Source of the DNA: Gammaproteobacteria bacterium
GTDB lineage: Bacteria; Pseudomonadota; Gammaproteobacteria; GCA-001735895
Assembly: GCA_041821565.1 (NCBI GenBank)
Contig: JBGUEB010000002.1
Location: forward strand, 1-37,524
Direction of reading: 5' to 3'
DNA length: 37,524 nt
Shown: piece after piece, positions 27,523 to 36,311 of the stretch
How the letters are laid out: every line of letters begins with the position of its first letter
Numbering within the stretch: position 1 is the stretch's first letter
Translations under genes and position numbers: made by a program
The notes under the pieces: model-generated
Databases searched by the model: none
What the model saw: the letters and a program-made list of their open reading frames with translations, nothing else
Told to the model about the DNA's origin: nothing

Positions 27523-28755
27523 ATGTCACAGACACTCTTCATCCATGCGCAACTCGCCACCATGAGCGGTTTATCCGGTTATGGCCTGGTCGAGAATGCC
27601 GCGATGTTGGTCGACGGCGATCGGATCCAATGGATCAGACCGATGGATCAGGTGCAAACGCTAGCCGGTGTTGAAATAGTGGATTGCAAAGGCAGACTTG
27701 TTACACCGGGCCTGATCGATTGTCATACCCACCTGGTCTATGGCGGTGATAGGGCCGACGAATTTGAACTCCGGCTTGAGGGAGTGAGTTACGCAGAGAT
27801 CGCGAAAAAAGGCGGTGGCATTTTGTCGACGGTTAATGCCACGCGCGCAGCCTCGGAAGCCGAACTACTGGAGCAGGCCGGACCCCGTCTCGAACAATTG
27901 CTCAGCGAGGGCGTTACCACGGTAGAAATCAAGTCGGGTTACGGTCTTGACCGCGATAACGAAATCAAGATGCTACGTGTCGCCCGGCGCCTGGGTGAAA
28001 TTTACGGCATACGGGTTAAGAAGACCTTCCTCGGTGCACATGCATTACCGCCTGAGTTTGAAGCCCGCTCCGATGACTATATTCAACAAGTATGCGAGGA
28101 CATGCTACCGCGTGCGCATGCCGAGGGGCTGGTCGATGCGGTCGATGTCTTTATCGAGTCGATCGCATTCAGCGTTGAGCAGGCAGAACGAGTTTTTGAT
28201 GCTGCAACAAAGCTTGGGTTACCGCTGAAAGCGCATGTCGAGCAACTGAGTAACCTCGGTGGTGCGGTCATGGCCGCTGCACGGTCGGCTTTATCGGTCG
28301 ATCATATCGAATACCTGAAGGGTTCAGATGTGATACATCTAGCCGGCGTCGAAACGGTTGCGGTATTGCTGCCGGGTGCATTCTACGTGTTGCGCGAAAC
28401 CCAACTGCCGCCAATCGAGGCATTGCGACAGCATAAGATCCCGATCGCGATCGCTACCGATTCCAATCCAGGTAGTTCTCCGGTTAACTCGTTACTGTTA
28501 ATTATGAACATGGCCTGTACCTTGTTCCGCCTTACCCCTGCCGAGGCCCTGCGTGGGGTTACCAGCAGTGCCGCAAAAGCACTGGGACTGGATTCTGAAA
28601 TTGGTACGCTAGAAGCCGGCAAGCAGGCCGACCTCGTAATATGGGATATCGAGCGGCCTGCGCAACTCGCTTATCAAATCGGAATAAATTCCTGTGCCGG
28701 CGTAATGCAGGCGGGGAACTGGCGCAAACCTTTGGCGACCGGGACAGCGACATGA
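27523..28755 (+). CDS. hutI: Imidazolonepropionase
   Basis: 410 aa, amidohydrolase. Motifs are GLIDCHTHLVYGG and AIATDSNPGSSP. Confidence 0.93.
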   Translation: MSQTLFIHAQLATMSGLSGYGLVENAAMLVDGDRIQWIRPMDQVQTLAGVEIVDCKGRLVTPGLIDCHTHLVYGGDRADEFELRLEGVSYAEIAKKGGGILSTVNATRAASEAELLEQAGPRLEQLLSEGVTTVEIKSGYGLDRDNEIKMLRVARRLGEIYGIRVKKTFLGAHALPPEFEARSDDYIQQVCEDMLPRAHAEGLVDAVDVFIESIAFSVEQAERVFDAATKLGLPLKAHVEQLSNLGGAVMAAARSALSVDHIEYLKGSDVIHLAGVETVAVLLPGAFYVLRETQLPPIEALRQHKIPIAIATDSNPGSSPVNSLLLIMNMACTLFRLTPAEALRGVTSSAAKALGLDSEIGTLEAGKQADLVIWDIERPAQLAYQIGINSCAGVMQAGNWRKPLATGTAT

Positions 28756-29495
28756 GCGCGATACTGAAAAGCTTCGACGACATCGATAAGACCGCAGCCG
28801 AACCGATCTACCAGCAGATCAAGAATACGATTCAGGAAAAAATCCGTAACGGTGACTGGATTGCGGGGCAAAAACTGCCCTCAGAAAACGCCCTGGTCGA
28901 GGCGCTCGGGGTCAGCCGCATGACAATTCATCGGGCATTGCGTGAGCTCACCCATGACGGCCTGATTAATCGCGTGCATGGCCTCGGTTCATTCGTTGCC
29001 GATGCGCCGCGTCATGCCAGCCTGATTGAACTCAAGGACATTGCGATCGAAATCGAACTAAGCGGCAAGCGGCACCGTTCGCAGGTCCTGTCCCTGAGCA
29101 GTGAAGCGGCTAACGCGGAAGTATCGAGACAAATGCAGATAGACGACGGCAAGGCAGTCTATTTTCTAAATGCGGTTCATTTTCAGGATGACATTCCGAT
29201 TCAGCTCGAATGCCGATATGTGAATCCCGACCTGGTGCCTGATTTCCTGACCCAGGATTTCAGTTGCTTCACTTCGACCAGTTATTTGTTAAACCAATTT
29301 CAGCCGGATGAGATGGAACACATCGTCCGAGCGGTGATGCCCGATGAGCAGGCCCGGCAAGCACTACGCATCGACAGTAACGAGCCCTGCCTGCAACTTT
29401 CACGACGCACCTGGAAAAATGACCGGGTCGTCACTTATGCCATCATGACCTATCCCAGCAGCCGTTATGACCTGGGTGCCCGTTATGCAATTTAG
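28752..29495 (+). CDS. hutC: Histidine utilisation repressor (GntR family)
   Basis: The GntR wHTH is PIYQQIK...[42 protein letters not shown], followed by a UTRA-type C-terminus. I chose ATG 28752, which forms an ATGA overlap with the hutI stop. The ORF-track start at 28641 would overlap hutI by 115 nt. Confidence 0.87.
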   Translation: MSAILKSFDDIDKTAAEPIYQQIKNTIQEKIRNGDWIAGQKLPSENALVEALGVSRMTIHRALRELTHDGLINRVHGLGSFVADAPRHASLIELKDIAIEIELSGKRHRSQVLSLSSEAANAEVSRQMQIDDGKAVYFLNAVHFQDDIPIQLECRYVNPDLVPDFLTQDFSCFTSTSYLLNQFQPDEMEHIVRAVMPDEQARQALRIDSNEPCLQLSRRTWKNDRVVTYAIMTYPSSRYDLGARYAI

Positions 29496-29527
29496 CGCTA
29501 ACAACCCTTATTTCGGAGGATAATCCA

Positions 29528-31204
29528 ATGCCCTTAGATCGTACCGACAACAACCGTAAAATCCGTGCCCCGCGGGGTAGTGAATTAACCTGTAAGAGCT
29601 GGTTGACCGAAGCCCCCTACCGCATGATCCAGAATAACCTGGACCCCGAAGTAGCCGAAAAACCCGAGCAGCTTATCGTATATGGTGGCATAGGGCGGGC
29701 AGCCCGCAACTGGGCATGCTACGACAAGATTCTCGAGTGCCTGAAACAACTAGAGGACGATGAAAGCCTGTTAGTCCAGTCTGGAAAGCCGGTGGGTGTG
29801 TTCAAAACCCACGTCGATGCACCACGTGTGCTGATTGCAAACTCCAACCTGGTGCCGGCCTGGTCGACCTGGGAGCATTTCAACGAACTCGATCGCAAAG
29901 GGTTAATGATGTATGGGCAGATGACCGCGGGTTCATGGATATATATCGGCAGCCAGGGCATAGTCCAGGGTACTTACGAAACTTTTGTCGAAGCTGGACG
30001 CCAGCACTTCAACGGCGATACGCGAGGTAAGTGGATTCTCACCTCCGGACTTGGCGGCATGGGTGGGGCGCAACCGTTGGCCGCGACTATGGCGGGGTAC
30101 AGCATACTGTGTATCGAGTGTGACGAGGATCGAATCGATTTCCGACTGCGAACCAAATACCTGGACAAGAAAGCCGATTCTCTCGAGCAGGCCCTGCAAA
30201 TGATTGAAGATGCCTGCGCCAATGGTGAGGCAATATCGGTAGGCCTGTTGGGTAACGGCGGTGAAATATTGCCTGAACTGGTGAAGCGCGGCGTTAAACC
30301 CAGCCTGGTTACCGACCAGACTTCGGCCCACGACCCGGTCAACGGCTACCTGCCGATCGGCTGGACCATGGAACAATGGACCATGAAGCGCAGTACCGAC
30401 CCGGAACTGGTCGCCAGCGAAGCGAGAAAATCGATGGCCGTGCACGTGCAGGCGATGCTGGACTTCCATGACCAGGGTATTGCAACCGTCGACTATGGCA
30501 ATAATATCCGTCAGGAAGCTTTTAATCTTGGCATCAAGAATGCCTTTGATTTCCCTGGTTTTGTGCCAGCTTATATTCGCCCGTTGTTTTGTCGTGGTAT
30601 TGGTCCGTTTCGCTGGGTAGCTTTATCCGGTGATCCCGAGGACATCTACAAAACTGACGCCAAGGTGAAAGAGTTGATCCCGGATGATCCACACCTGCAT
30701 AACTGGATCGATATGGCCCAGAGCCGCATCAGTTTCCAGGGGCTGCCCGCTCGGATTTGCTGGGTAGGTCTTGGTGATCGAGACCGCCTCGGCCTCGCCT
30801 TCAACGAAATGGTCAAATCGGGTGAATTAAAAGCACCGGTGGTAATCGGTCGCGATCATCTCGATTCGGGTTCTGTTGCCAGCCCCAATCGTGAAACCGA
30901 GTCGATGATGGATGGTTCTGACGCAGTCTCCGACTGGGCCTTGTTAAATCTTTTACTAAGCACATCGGGCGGTGCTACCTGGGTTTCGTTTCACCACGGT
31001 GGTGGAGTCGGCATGGGCTACTCGCAACATGCGGGACTGGTTATCTGCTGTGATGGTACGGATGCTGCCAGTGAGCGCATCAAACGGGTACTGTGGAATG
31101 ATCCAGCTACAGGTGTGATGCGACACGCGGATGCCGGCTACGAAGAAGCGAAAGCCTGTGCACGCGAACACGGTCTCAACCTGGGTGCTATTGAGCTGGA
31201 TTAA
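29528..31204 (+). CDS. hutU: Urocanate hydratase
   Basis: 558 aa with the NAD-binding [12 protein letters not shown] motif and full-length collinearity with urocanase. A GGAGGA Shine-Dalgarno sequence lies upstream. Confidence 0.96.
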   Translation: MPLDRTDNNRKIRAPRGSELTCKSWLTEAPYRMIQNNLDPEVAEKPEQLIVYGGIGRAARNWACYDKILECLKQLEDDESLLVQSGKPVGVFKTHVDAPRVLIANSNLVPAWSTWEHFNELDRKGLMMYGQMTAGSWIYIGSQGIVQGTYETFVEAGRQHFNGDTRGKWILTSGLGGMGGAQPLAATMAGYSILCIECDEDRIDFRLRTKYLDKKADSLEQALQMIEDACANGEAISVGLLGNGGEILPELVKRGVKPSLVTDQTSAHDPVNGYLPIGWTMEQWTMKRSTDPELVASEARKSMAVHVQAMLDFHDQGIATVDYGNNIRQEAFNLGIKNAFDFPGFVPAYIRPLFCRGIGPFRWVALSGDPEDIYKTDAKVKELIPDDPHLHNWIDMAQSRISFQGLPARICWVGLGDRDRLGLAFNEMVKSGELKAPVVIGRDHLDSGSVASPNRETESMMDGSDAVSDWALLNLLLSTSGGATWVSFHHGGGVGMGYSQHAGLVICCDGTDAASERIKRVLWNDPATGVMRHADAGYEEAKACAREHGLNLGAIELD

Positions 31205-31267
31205 CCGGGAACAACCGGGGACGTAACACAATTAATTAGGCTAAAATAGTGTTGCACCGCCAATTTT

Positions 31268-32050
31268 TTATGCTCGTAGGTATTTGCTAATCGCGTGCGA
31301 AATCGCGCTAAATCCGAAGCAGGCGGTGACACCGACAAAGGATCCAATTCCGCTCGCACAATCGAGCGTGGTTCTCTCCTTCTGACCGGGCTTGGCAAAA
31401 CTCACGCTACCATTTGCAGCCGGGTAAACCGCCTGTTCGGTTGAGAACACACAGTCTATCGCAAAACGGCGTTTAGGGTTGCGGCTATAACCAACTTGAT
31501 GGCGTAGATTGGAGCGCAGTTTAGCGAGTAACGGGTCGTTGTAAGTTTGGGTTAGATCAGCTATTTCAATTTTACTCGGATCGGTTAAACCGCCGGCACC
31601 ACCGGTAGAGACGATACGTATCTTGTTTCGTCTGCAATAATGCACCAGCGATAGCTTGTGCTGAACGTGGTCTATCGAATCAATAACATAGTCATAATGC
31701 GCAAAATCAAACTTTTCCATACTGGCCCGTGTTACCAGATCGTCGATTGCGACGCAGTTACATTCGGGGTTAATGCGCATAATGCGATCTCTGAGTACTT
31801 CGACCTTACTTGCACCGATGGTATTTTCGAGAGCATGGATCTGCCGATTGGTATTGCTGGTGTCGATGTCATCGTGGTCGATTAAGCTGATCGCTCCAAT
31901 GCCGGAGCGGGCCGCGGCTTCCGCTGCCCAGGAACCTACACCGCCAACACCGACGATACAAAAATGGGCGCTGCTTAATTTATCGAGAGCTTTGCTGCCG
32001 AATACCCTGGCCAGGCCTCCAAATCGATCGAAATACCCCTGGTTTAACAT
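31268..32050 (-). CDS. tcdA: tRNA threonylcarbamoyladenosine dehydratase (ThiF/MoeB-family E1-like, TcdA/CsdL)
   Basis: 260 aa. The Rossmann motif is IVGVGGVGSWAAEAAARSG and the TcdA-type pattern DHDDIDTSNTNRQIH is present. Confidence 0.82.
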   Translation of the reverse strand: MLNQGYFDRFGGLARVFGSKALDKLSSAHFCIVGVGGVGSWAAEAAARSGIGAISLIDHDDIDTSNTNRQIHALENTIGASKVEVLRDRIMRINPECNCVAIDDLVTRASMEKFDFAHYDYVIDSIDHVQHKLSLVHYCRRNKIRIVSTGGAGGLTDPSKIEIADLTQTYNDPLLAKLRSNLRHQVGYSRNPKRRFAIDCVFSTEQAVYPAANGSVSFAKPGQKERTTLDCASGIGSFVGVTACFGFSAISHAISKYLRA

Positions 32051-32163
32051 TGGCGACCCACTGAATTTAGTAGGACAAGTGTATTGGTATAGACAGCAAC
32101 TGTCATTACAATACGAGTAGCCTTAATTTTGAAAAATATTGTTTACCTTTAAAAGGACCCTGT

Positions 32164-32790
32164 ATGAATACTACCTGTCTGTTTACAATTTCTGCACCTT
32201 CCGGTGCCGGTAAGACCAGTTTGGTAAAAGCGCTGGCGGAGAGAAAGCAGAGCTCGATTGCTGTTAGTGTTTCGCATTCAACCCGAGAAATGCGCCCCGG
32301 AGAAACCGATGGTGTTGATTACCATTTTGTATCCGAGGACACTTTCAAGCAGATGGTTGCCGATGACCAGTTCCTCGAAAACGCATCTGTATTTGATAAG
32401 CGCTATGGTACCGCGCGGGCATCGGTAGAAGCTTTTCTCGACAGTGGCAAACATGTGATCCTGGAAATAGACTGGCAGGGAGCGCGACAGGTGAAGAAAA
32501 TGATGCCAGATACGGTGTGCATTTATATTTTGCCGCCATCTCGCGAATCACTGGAACAGCGCTTGATAGACCGTGCCACGGATGATATGAAAACTATCGA
32601 AAGCCGCATGATGCAGGCCGATAGAGAAATGTCACACTACGGTGACGCAGAGTTTATCGTGGTTAACGTGAATTTTGAGCGGGCTTTACACGATCTTGAA
32701 AGCATTATTCATGCGCAAAGTTTGACTTTAAACTGCCAAAAAGCGAAATATAAAGATTTATTTGACTCAATTCCGGACGAAATAGCCTAA
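32164..32790 (+). CDS. gmk: Guanylate kinase
   Basis: 208 aa. P-loop SAPSGAGKTSL, TTR-like SHSTREMRPGE and DGVDYHF are present. It lies upstream of rpoZ-spoT as usual. Confidence 0.95.
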   Translation: MNTTCLFTISAPSGAGKTSLVKALAERKQSSIAVSVSHSTREMRPGETDGVDYHFVSEDTFKQMVADDQFLENASVFDKRYGTARASVEAFLDSGKHVILEIDWQGARQVKKMMPDTVCIYILPPSRESLEQRLIDRATDDMKTIESRMMQADREMSHYGDAEFIVVNVNFERALHDLESIIHAQSLTLNCQKAKYKDLFDSIPDEIA

Positions 32791-32996
32791 TCTTAACCAC
32801 CAGGCTGGAAATATCTGCGGCAAAAATATCTTTCGGTCAAAATCGATACTTTCAAGTCGTTGATTTTAATAGAATAAAAATTATTCTAAGGTGTTTTATT
32901 AATTTACCGGAATTTTTTAACAGAATCCTTCCGCTTTAGCCGAGATTTGGCTAGAATGGCGCCCCTTTTTTGGATTGTGCACCCTGGAGCTAAAAC

Positions 32997-33287
32997 ATGG
33001 CCCGTATTACTGTTGAAGATTGTCTCGAACACGTCGATAACCGCTTTGACCTGGTATTGCTGGCCGCGCGTCGTGCAAGACAAATTTCACAGGGCGCAGA
33101 CCCTCTGGTACCCGCCGAAAACGATAAGCCAACTGTAATCGCGTTACGAGAAATTGCTGAAAACCTGGTTTCTATCAATACCATGGATGAAATGGAAGCC
33201 CAGCGTGAAATCGAAAGAATTACCAACGACGATCAACTGGTTCGTGAGATCGCCCAGGCCAGCCTAAACAACGAAATCACTGAATAA
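32997..33287 (+). CDS. rpoZ: DNA-directed RNA polymerase omega subunit
   Basis: 96 aa. The sequence [29 protein letters not shown] is a canonical omega N-terminus. A GGAG Shine-Dalgarno sequence lies upstream. Confidence 0.93.
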   Translation: MARITVEDCLEHVDNRFDLVLLAARRARQISQGADPLVPAENDKPTVIALREIAENLVSINTMDEMEAQREIERITNDDQLVREIAQASLNNEITE

Positions 33288-33435
33288 AACGGTTCTTCCT
33301 AACCAAACCTTCATCATTTTCCCCCGACTTTCGCATTTGCGAAAGTTGAACCCTTGTCGAAACCTAAACTATATTAGTTAGATATGATATAACCATCGGT
33401 TAATATTTAATCGAAGGGCCTTAGGTACTCATATA

Positions 33436-35607
33436 ATGGTGTCACGGGCGGAAAACGCTAACCTTTTCGAAGTCGTCGCCGACGGGCAACCAGTCAGCGA
33501 AGATAGCACTCGAATTGGTGAGCTTTGCGCAGAACTGGAAACTTACCTGGAACCCCACCAGGTCGAGGAAGTTTATCGCGCCTACCAGCTTGGCGCGCGA
33601 GCGCACGAAGGCCAGAGCCGCGTTTCCGGCGAACCTTATATCAGTCATCCGGTCGAGGTCGCTTTAATCCTCAGTGAAATGCGCATGGATGCAAACACTA
33701 TCATCGCCGCCATTTTGCACGATGTAATCGAAGATACACCCACCCTCAAAGAAAACCTGGTCGAAGAGTTTGGTGAAGAAGTTGCCGACCTGGTCGATGG
33801 CGTCAGCAAGCTGGCAAAAATCGATTTCCGTAGCAGAGCCGAGGCGCAGGCTGAAAATTTCCGCAAAATGATGCTGGCGATGGCGAAGGACATTCGTGTC
33901 ATTATTATCAAGCTTGCCGACCGCCTGCATAACATGCGTACGCTCGATGCCATGCGACCCGACAAGCGTAGACGAATTGCGCGTGAAACCATGGATATCT
34001 ACGCGCCGATTGCGAATCGTCTTGGCATTTTCAAGATGCGACACGAGCTGCTCGATTTATCGATTAAAAGCGCCTATCCAATGCGCTACCGTGCGCTTGA
34101 AAGCGCCTGTAAGGAAGTGGTCGGTTACCGTAAGGAAATATTCAACACCATCGAGGCCGCGATTCAAAATCGACTGAAGGAAGCGAATATCAATGCAACG
34201 GTAAAATACCGGCAAAAGAATATTCACAGTATTTACCGCAAGATGAAGGAGAAAAAAGTCAGTTTCAAGTCACTCACTGACGTATTTGGAGTACGCATCA
34301 TGACCGAATCGGTTGATGACTGTTACCGCGTACTGGGGCTGATGCACAACCTCTACAAACCCTTGCCGGGTAAATTCAAAGATTATCTGGCGATTCCGAA
34401 GACCAATGGCTATCAATCGTTACATAGCAGCCTGTTTGGCCCGCATGGGGTTGCCATTGAAGTGCAGATACGAACCGAGGAGATGGATCGCTTTGCCGAA
34501 TCGGGTATTGCTGCCCACTGGTTTTACAAGGAAGGTGAAAACAATTCGACCACGGCACAGACGCGAGCCCTCGAATGGTTAAAGAGCCTGCTGGAAATGC
34601 AGCAAAAATCGGGCAGTTCACAGGAATTTCTCGAGAGTGTAAAAGTTGACCTGTTTCCGGACGAGATTTATGTTTTCACTCCCAAGGGAGATATCAAGAA
34701 ACTACCGCGTGGTTCCACCGTGGTTGATTTTGCCTACGCGGTACACACTGATGTTGGAAACACCTGCGTTGCGGCGCGAATCGACAACCGCATGTCTCCG
34801 CTCAGCAACCCGTTATACAATGGCCAGACAATCGAAATTATCAGTTCGGATGCAAGCCGACCGCATCCCAGTTGGCTGGATTTTGTGATCACCGCGAAGG
34901 CACGAACCAATATCCGGCATTTCCTCAAATCATTACAAAAAGCAGAAGCGATCACCCTCGGGCAACGTTTGTTACAACAGTCAGTGAGCAACCTCGTCGG
35001 CAGGGACGAGGCCATAACCTCGGCAAAGTTTTCAAAAGTGCTGGAACAGTACCGTATGAGCGACCCGCAGGAACTGCTCGCCGAGATCGGTCTTGGAAAT
35101 CGCAATTCCAGCCTGGTTGCGAAGGCCATGTACGATATTTCGGAAGACGTTACCGAATTCGATAATACTGGCAAGCCTCTCGCGATTAAGGGTACCGAGG
35201 GGATGGTGGTTTCCTTTGCCAAGTGCTGTCGGCCGGTACCCGGCGATGCGATTGTTGGTTTCATGTCATCGGGTAAAGGTATCGTCGTACATCAGCAAAA
35301 CTGTCCCAATATTACCGAAACCAGCAGTGAAAACCGGCAGTTGCGGGTGCAATGGTCGGACCATGTCGAAGGCGAGTATCTCGCCTTCTTGCGGGTTCAG
35401 GTTGCCAATCAACGCGGAGTTCTGGCCAACCTGGCGACCACTATCGCTAATACCTCATCCAATATCGAACATGTGCATTTAACTGAAAAAGACGGTCGGA
35501 TATCGACCATCGAATTCGTGGTTACAGTGAAAGATAGAATTCACCTCGCAAGAATCATGAAAAAATTGCGCAGCCTGCAGGTTGTCAATCGAATCTGGCG
35601 CAAGTAA
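33436..35607 (+). CDS. spoT: Bifunctional (p)ppGpp synthetase/hydrolase SpoT
   Basis: 723 aa. It has an HD hydrolase domain (EPYISHP, LHDVIEDT), a RelA/SpoT synthetase domain, and TGS and ACT C-terminal domains. The N-terminus is about 20 aa longer than in E. coli or Pseudomonas SpoT as I recall those sequences, so the start is less certain. Confidence 0.92.
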   Translation: MVSRAENANLFEVVADGQPVSEDSTRIGELCAELETYLEPHQVEEVYRAYQLGARAHEGQSRVSGEPYISHPVEVALILSEMRMDANTIIAAILHDVIEDTPTLKENLVEEFGEEVADLVDGVSKLAKIDFRSRAEAQAENFRKMMLAMAKDIRVIIIKLADRLHNMRTLDAMRPDKRRRIARETMDIYAPIANRLGIFKMRHELLDLSIKSAYPMRYRALESACKEVVGYRKEIFNTIEAAIQNRLKEANINATVKYRQKNIHSIYRKMKEKKVSFKSLTDVFGVRIMTESVDDCYRVLGLMHNLYKPLPGKFKDYLAIPKTNGYQSLHSSLFGPHGVAIEVQIRTEEMDRFAESGIAAHWFYKEGENNSTTAQTRALEWLKSLLEMQQKSGSSQEFLESVKVDLFPDEIYVFTPKGDIKKLPRGSTVVDFAYAVHTDVGNTCVAARIDNRMSPLSNPLYNGQTIEIISSDASRPHPSWLDFVITAKARTNIRHFLKSLQKAEAITLGQRLLQQSVSNLVGRDEAITSAKFSKVLEQYRMSDPQELLAEIGLGNRNSSLVAKAMYDISEDVTEFDNTGKPLAIKGTEGMVVSFAKCCRPVPGDAIVGFMSSGKGIVVHQQNCPNITETSSENRQLRVQWSDHVEGEYLAFLRVQVANQRGVLANLATTIANTSSNIEHVHLTEKDGRISTIEFVVTVKDRIHLARIMKKLRSLQVVNRIWRK

Positions 35608-35636
35608 TTAGGCACCGGGTATCTTCTGCGTGAAGA

Positions 35637-35773
35637 GGATGTCGTAAAAGGCCGTCTTACGCCCCCTGGCTGCGTTGAAAATGTGCTCGAATGCTCATTT
35701 ACTACGTGTAAACTGCGCTTCTGCGCGCATTTCCGCCTTGCCAGGAAACACAATCCAACCTTTTACGAAATCC
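35637..35773. repeat. 137-bp imperfect palindromic element with 15-bp terminal inverted repeats (MITE/ERIC-like)
   Basis: ggatgtcgtaaaagg (35637-35651) matches the reverse complement of ccttttacgaaatcc (35759-35773) at 14 of 15 nt. The interior halves are also partly self-complementary (cctggc/gccagg, gaaaatgtgc/gcgcatttcc, tttac/gtaaa). It is non-coding and lies 30 nt after the spoT stop. Confidence 0.6.
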
Positions 35774-35908
35774 TATGAACCCACGGTGCGTAAAAGCAAA
35801 GTGGAGTGATTTTTTGTATTCTCTCAAAATCTATAGCGTTAAGCGCCAGTTTTGCCGCATAATCGGTTTTTTTGCAGACGAATTTATTCAATTTAAGAGA
35901 GGCTTGTG

Positions 35909-36292
35909 ATGGCAAGAACAATTATTCAAACCGATAAAGCGCCGCAGGCGATAGGTACCTACTCTCAGGCCGTCAAGGTCGATAACACGGTATACATTTC
36001 TGGCCAGATTCCACTTGATCCTGTGTCCATGGAAGTTGTTGCTGGCGGTACGGAAGCGCAGATCACGCGTGTATTCGATAACCTCAGCGCGGTAGCGGAA
36101 GCATCAGGCGGTAGTTTGAAGGATGTCGTAAAGCTGACGATATTTCTTACCGACTTGAGCTGTTTTCCTACTGTGAATGAAATCATGGCAGGCTATTTCG
36201 ACGAACCCTATCCGGCCCGGGCGGCAATTGAGGTATCGGCGTTGCCGAAAGCTGTCGAGGTCGAAATGGATGCCGTACTAGTTCTGGAATAA
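35909..36292 (+). CDS. ridA: RidA/YjgF-family reactive enamine/imine deaminase
   Basis: 127 aa from ATG 35909. The ORF track starts at GTG 35906. The sequence [38 protein letters not shown] is a canonical RidA N-terminus. An AGAGAGG Shine-Dalgarno sequence lies 6 nt upstream of the ATG. Confidence 0.9.
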   Translation: MARTIIQTDKAPQAIGTYSQAVKVDNTVYISGQIPLDPVSMEVVAGGTEAQITRVFDNLSAVAEASGGSLKDVVKLTIFLTDLSCFPTVNEIMAGYFDEPYPARAAIEVSALPKAVEVEMDAVLVLE

Positions 36293-36311
36293 CCAGCCTA
36301 ACCCAGACACT

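Noticed and set aside
28641-28751. N-terminal 37-codon extension of hutC overlapping the hutI 3' end
   Set aside because: The HutC family N-terminus begins near MSAILKS.. The ATGA-coupled start at 28752 is the parsimonious choice. The extension is out-of-frame read-through of hutI coding sequence.
29933-30469. Long antisense or alternate-frame ORFs inside well-supported genes. Examples: 178 aa in hutU; 176 aa at 34734-35264 in spoT; 148 aa at 2278-2724 in polA; 143 aa and 141 aa at 8110-8764 in recB; 124 aa at 925-1299 in polA; 132 aa at 24053-24451 in hutG
   Set aside because: Each is fully embedded in a gene whose frame carries diagnostic motifs. Their translations are Arg/Ser/Cys-rich and low in complexity, with no start-site signals. 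They are typical shadow ORFs.
32925-32996. Possible rpoZ promoter around TAGAAT (ttccgc-N17-tagaat)
   Set aside because: The -35 match is poor and several alternative alignments are equally weak. This is not strong enough to report as a feature.
33327-33346. Hairpin actttcgca-tt-tgcgaaagt between rpoZ and spoT
   Set aside because: This is a short stem with a minimal loop and no U-tract. rpoZ-spoT are normally co-transcribed, so it is at most a minor attenuator, and I cannot support a function.
35541-35753. 70-aa minus-strand ORF across the spoT 3' end and the 137-bp palindromic element
   Set aside because: It overlaps the spoT coding sequence, has no Shine-Dalgarno sequence and is Arg-rich. 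The inverted-repeat element explains it better.
35906-35908. GTG 35906 as the ridA start, as in the ORF track
   Set aside because: The adjacent ATG 35909 yields the canonical MARTI.. N-terminus and has better spacing from the AGAGAGG Shine-Dalgarno sequence. The difference is one codon.
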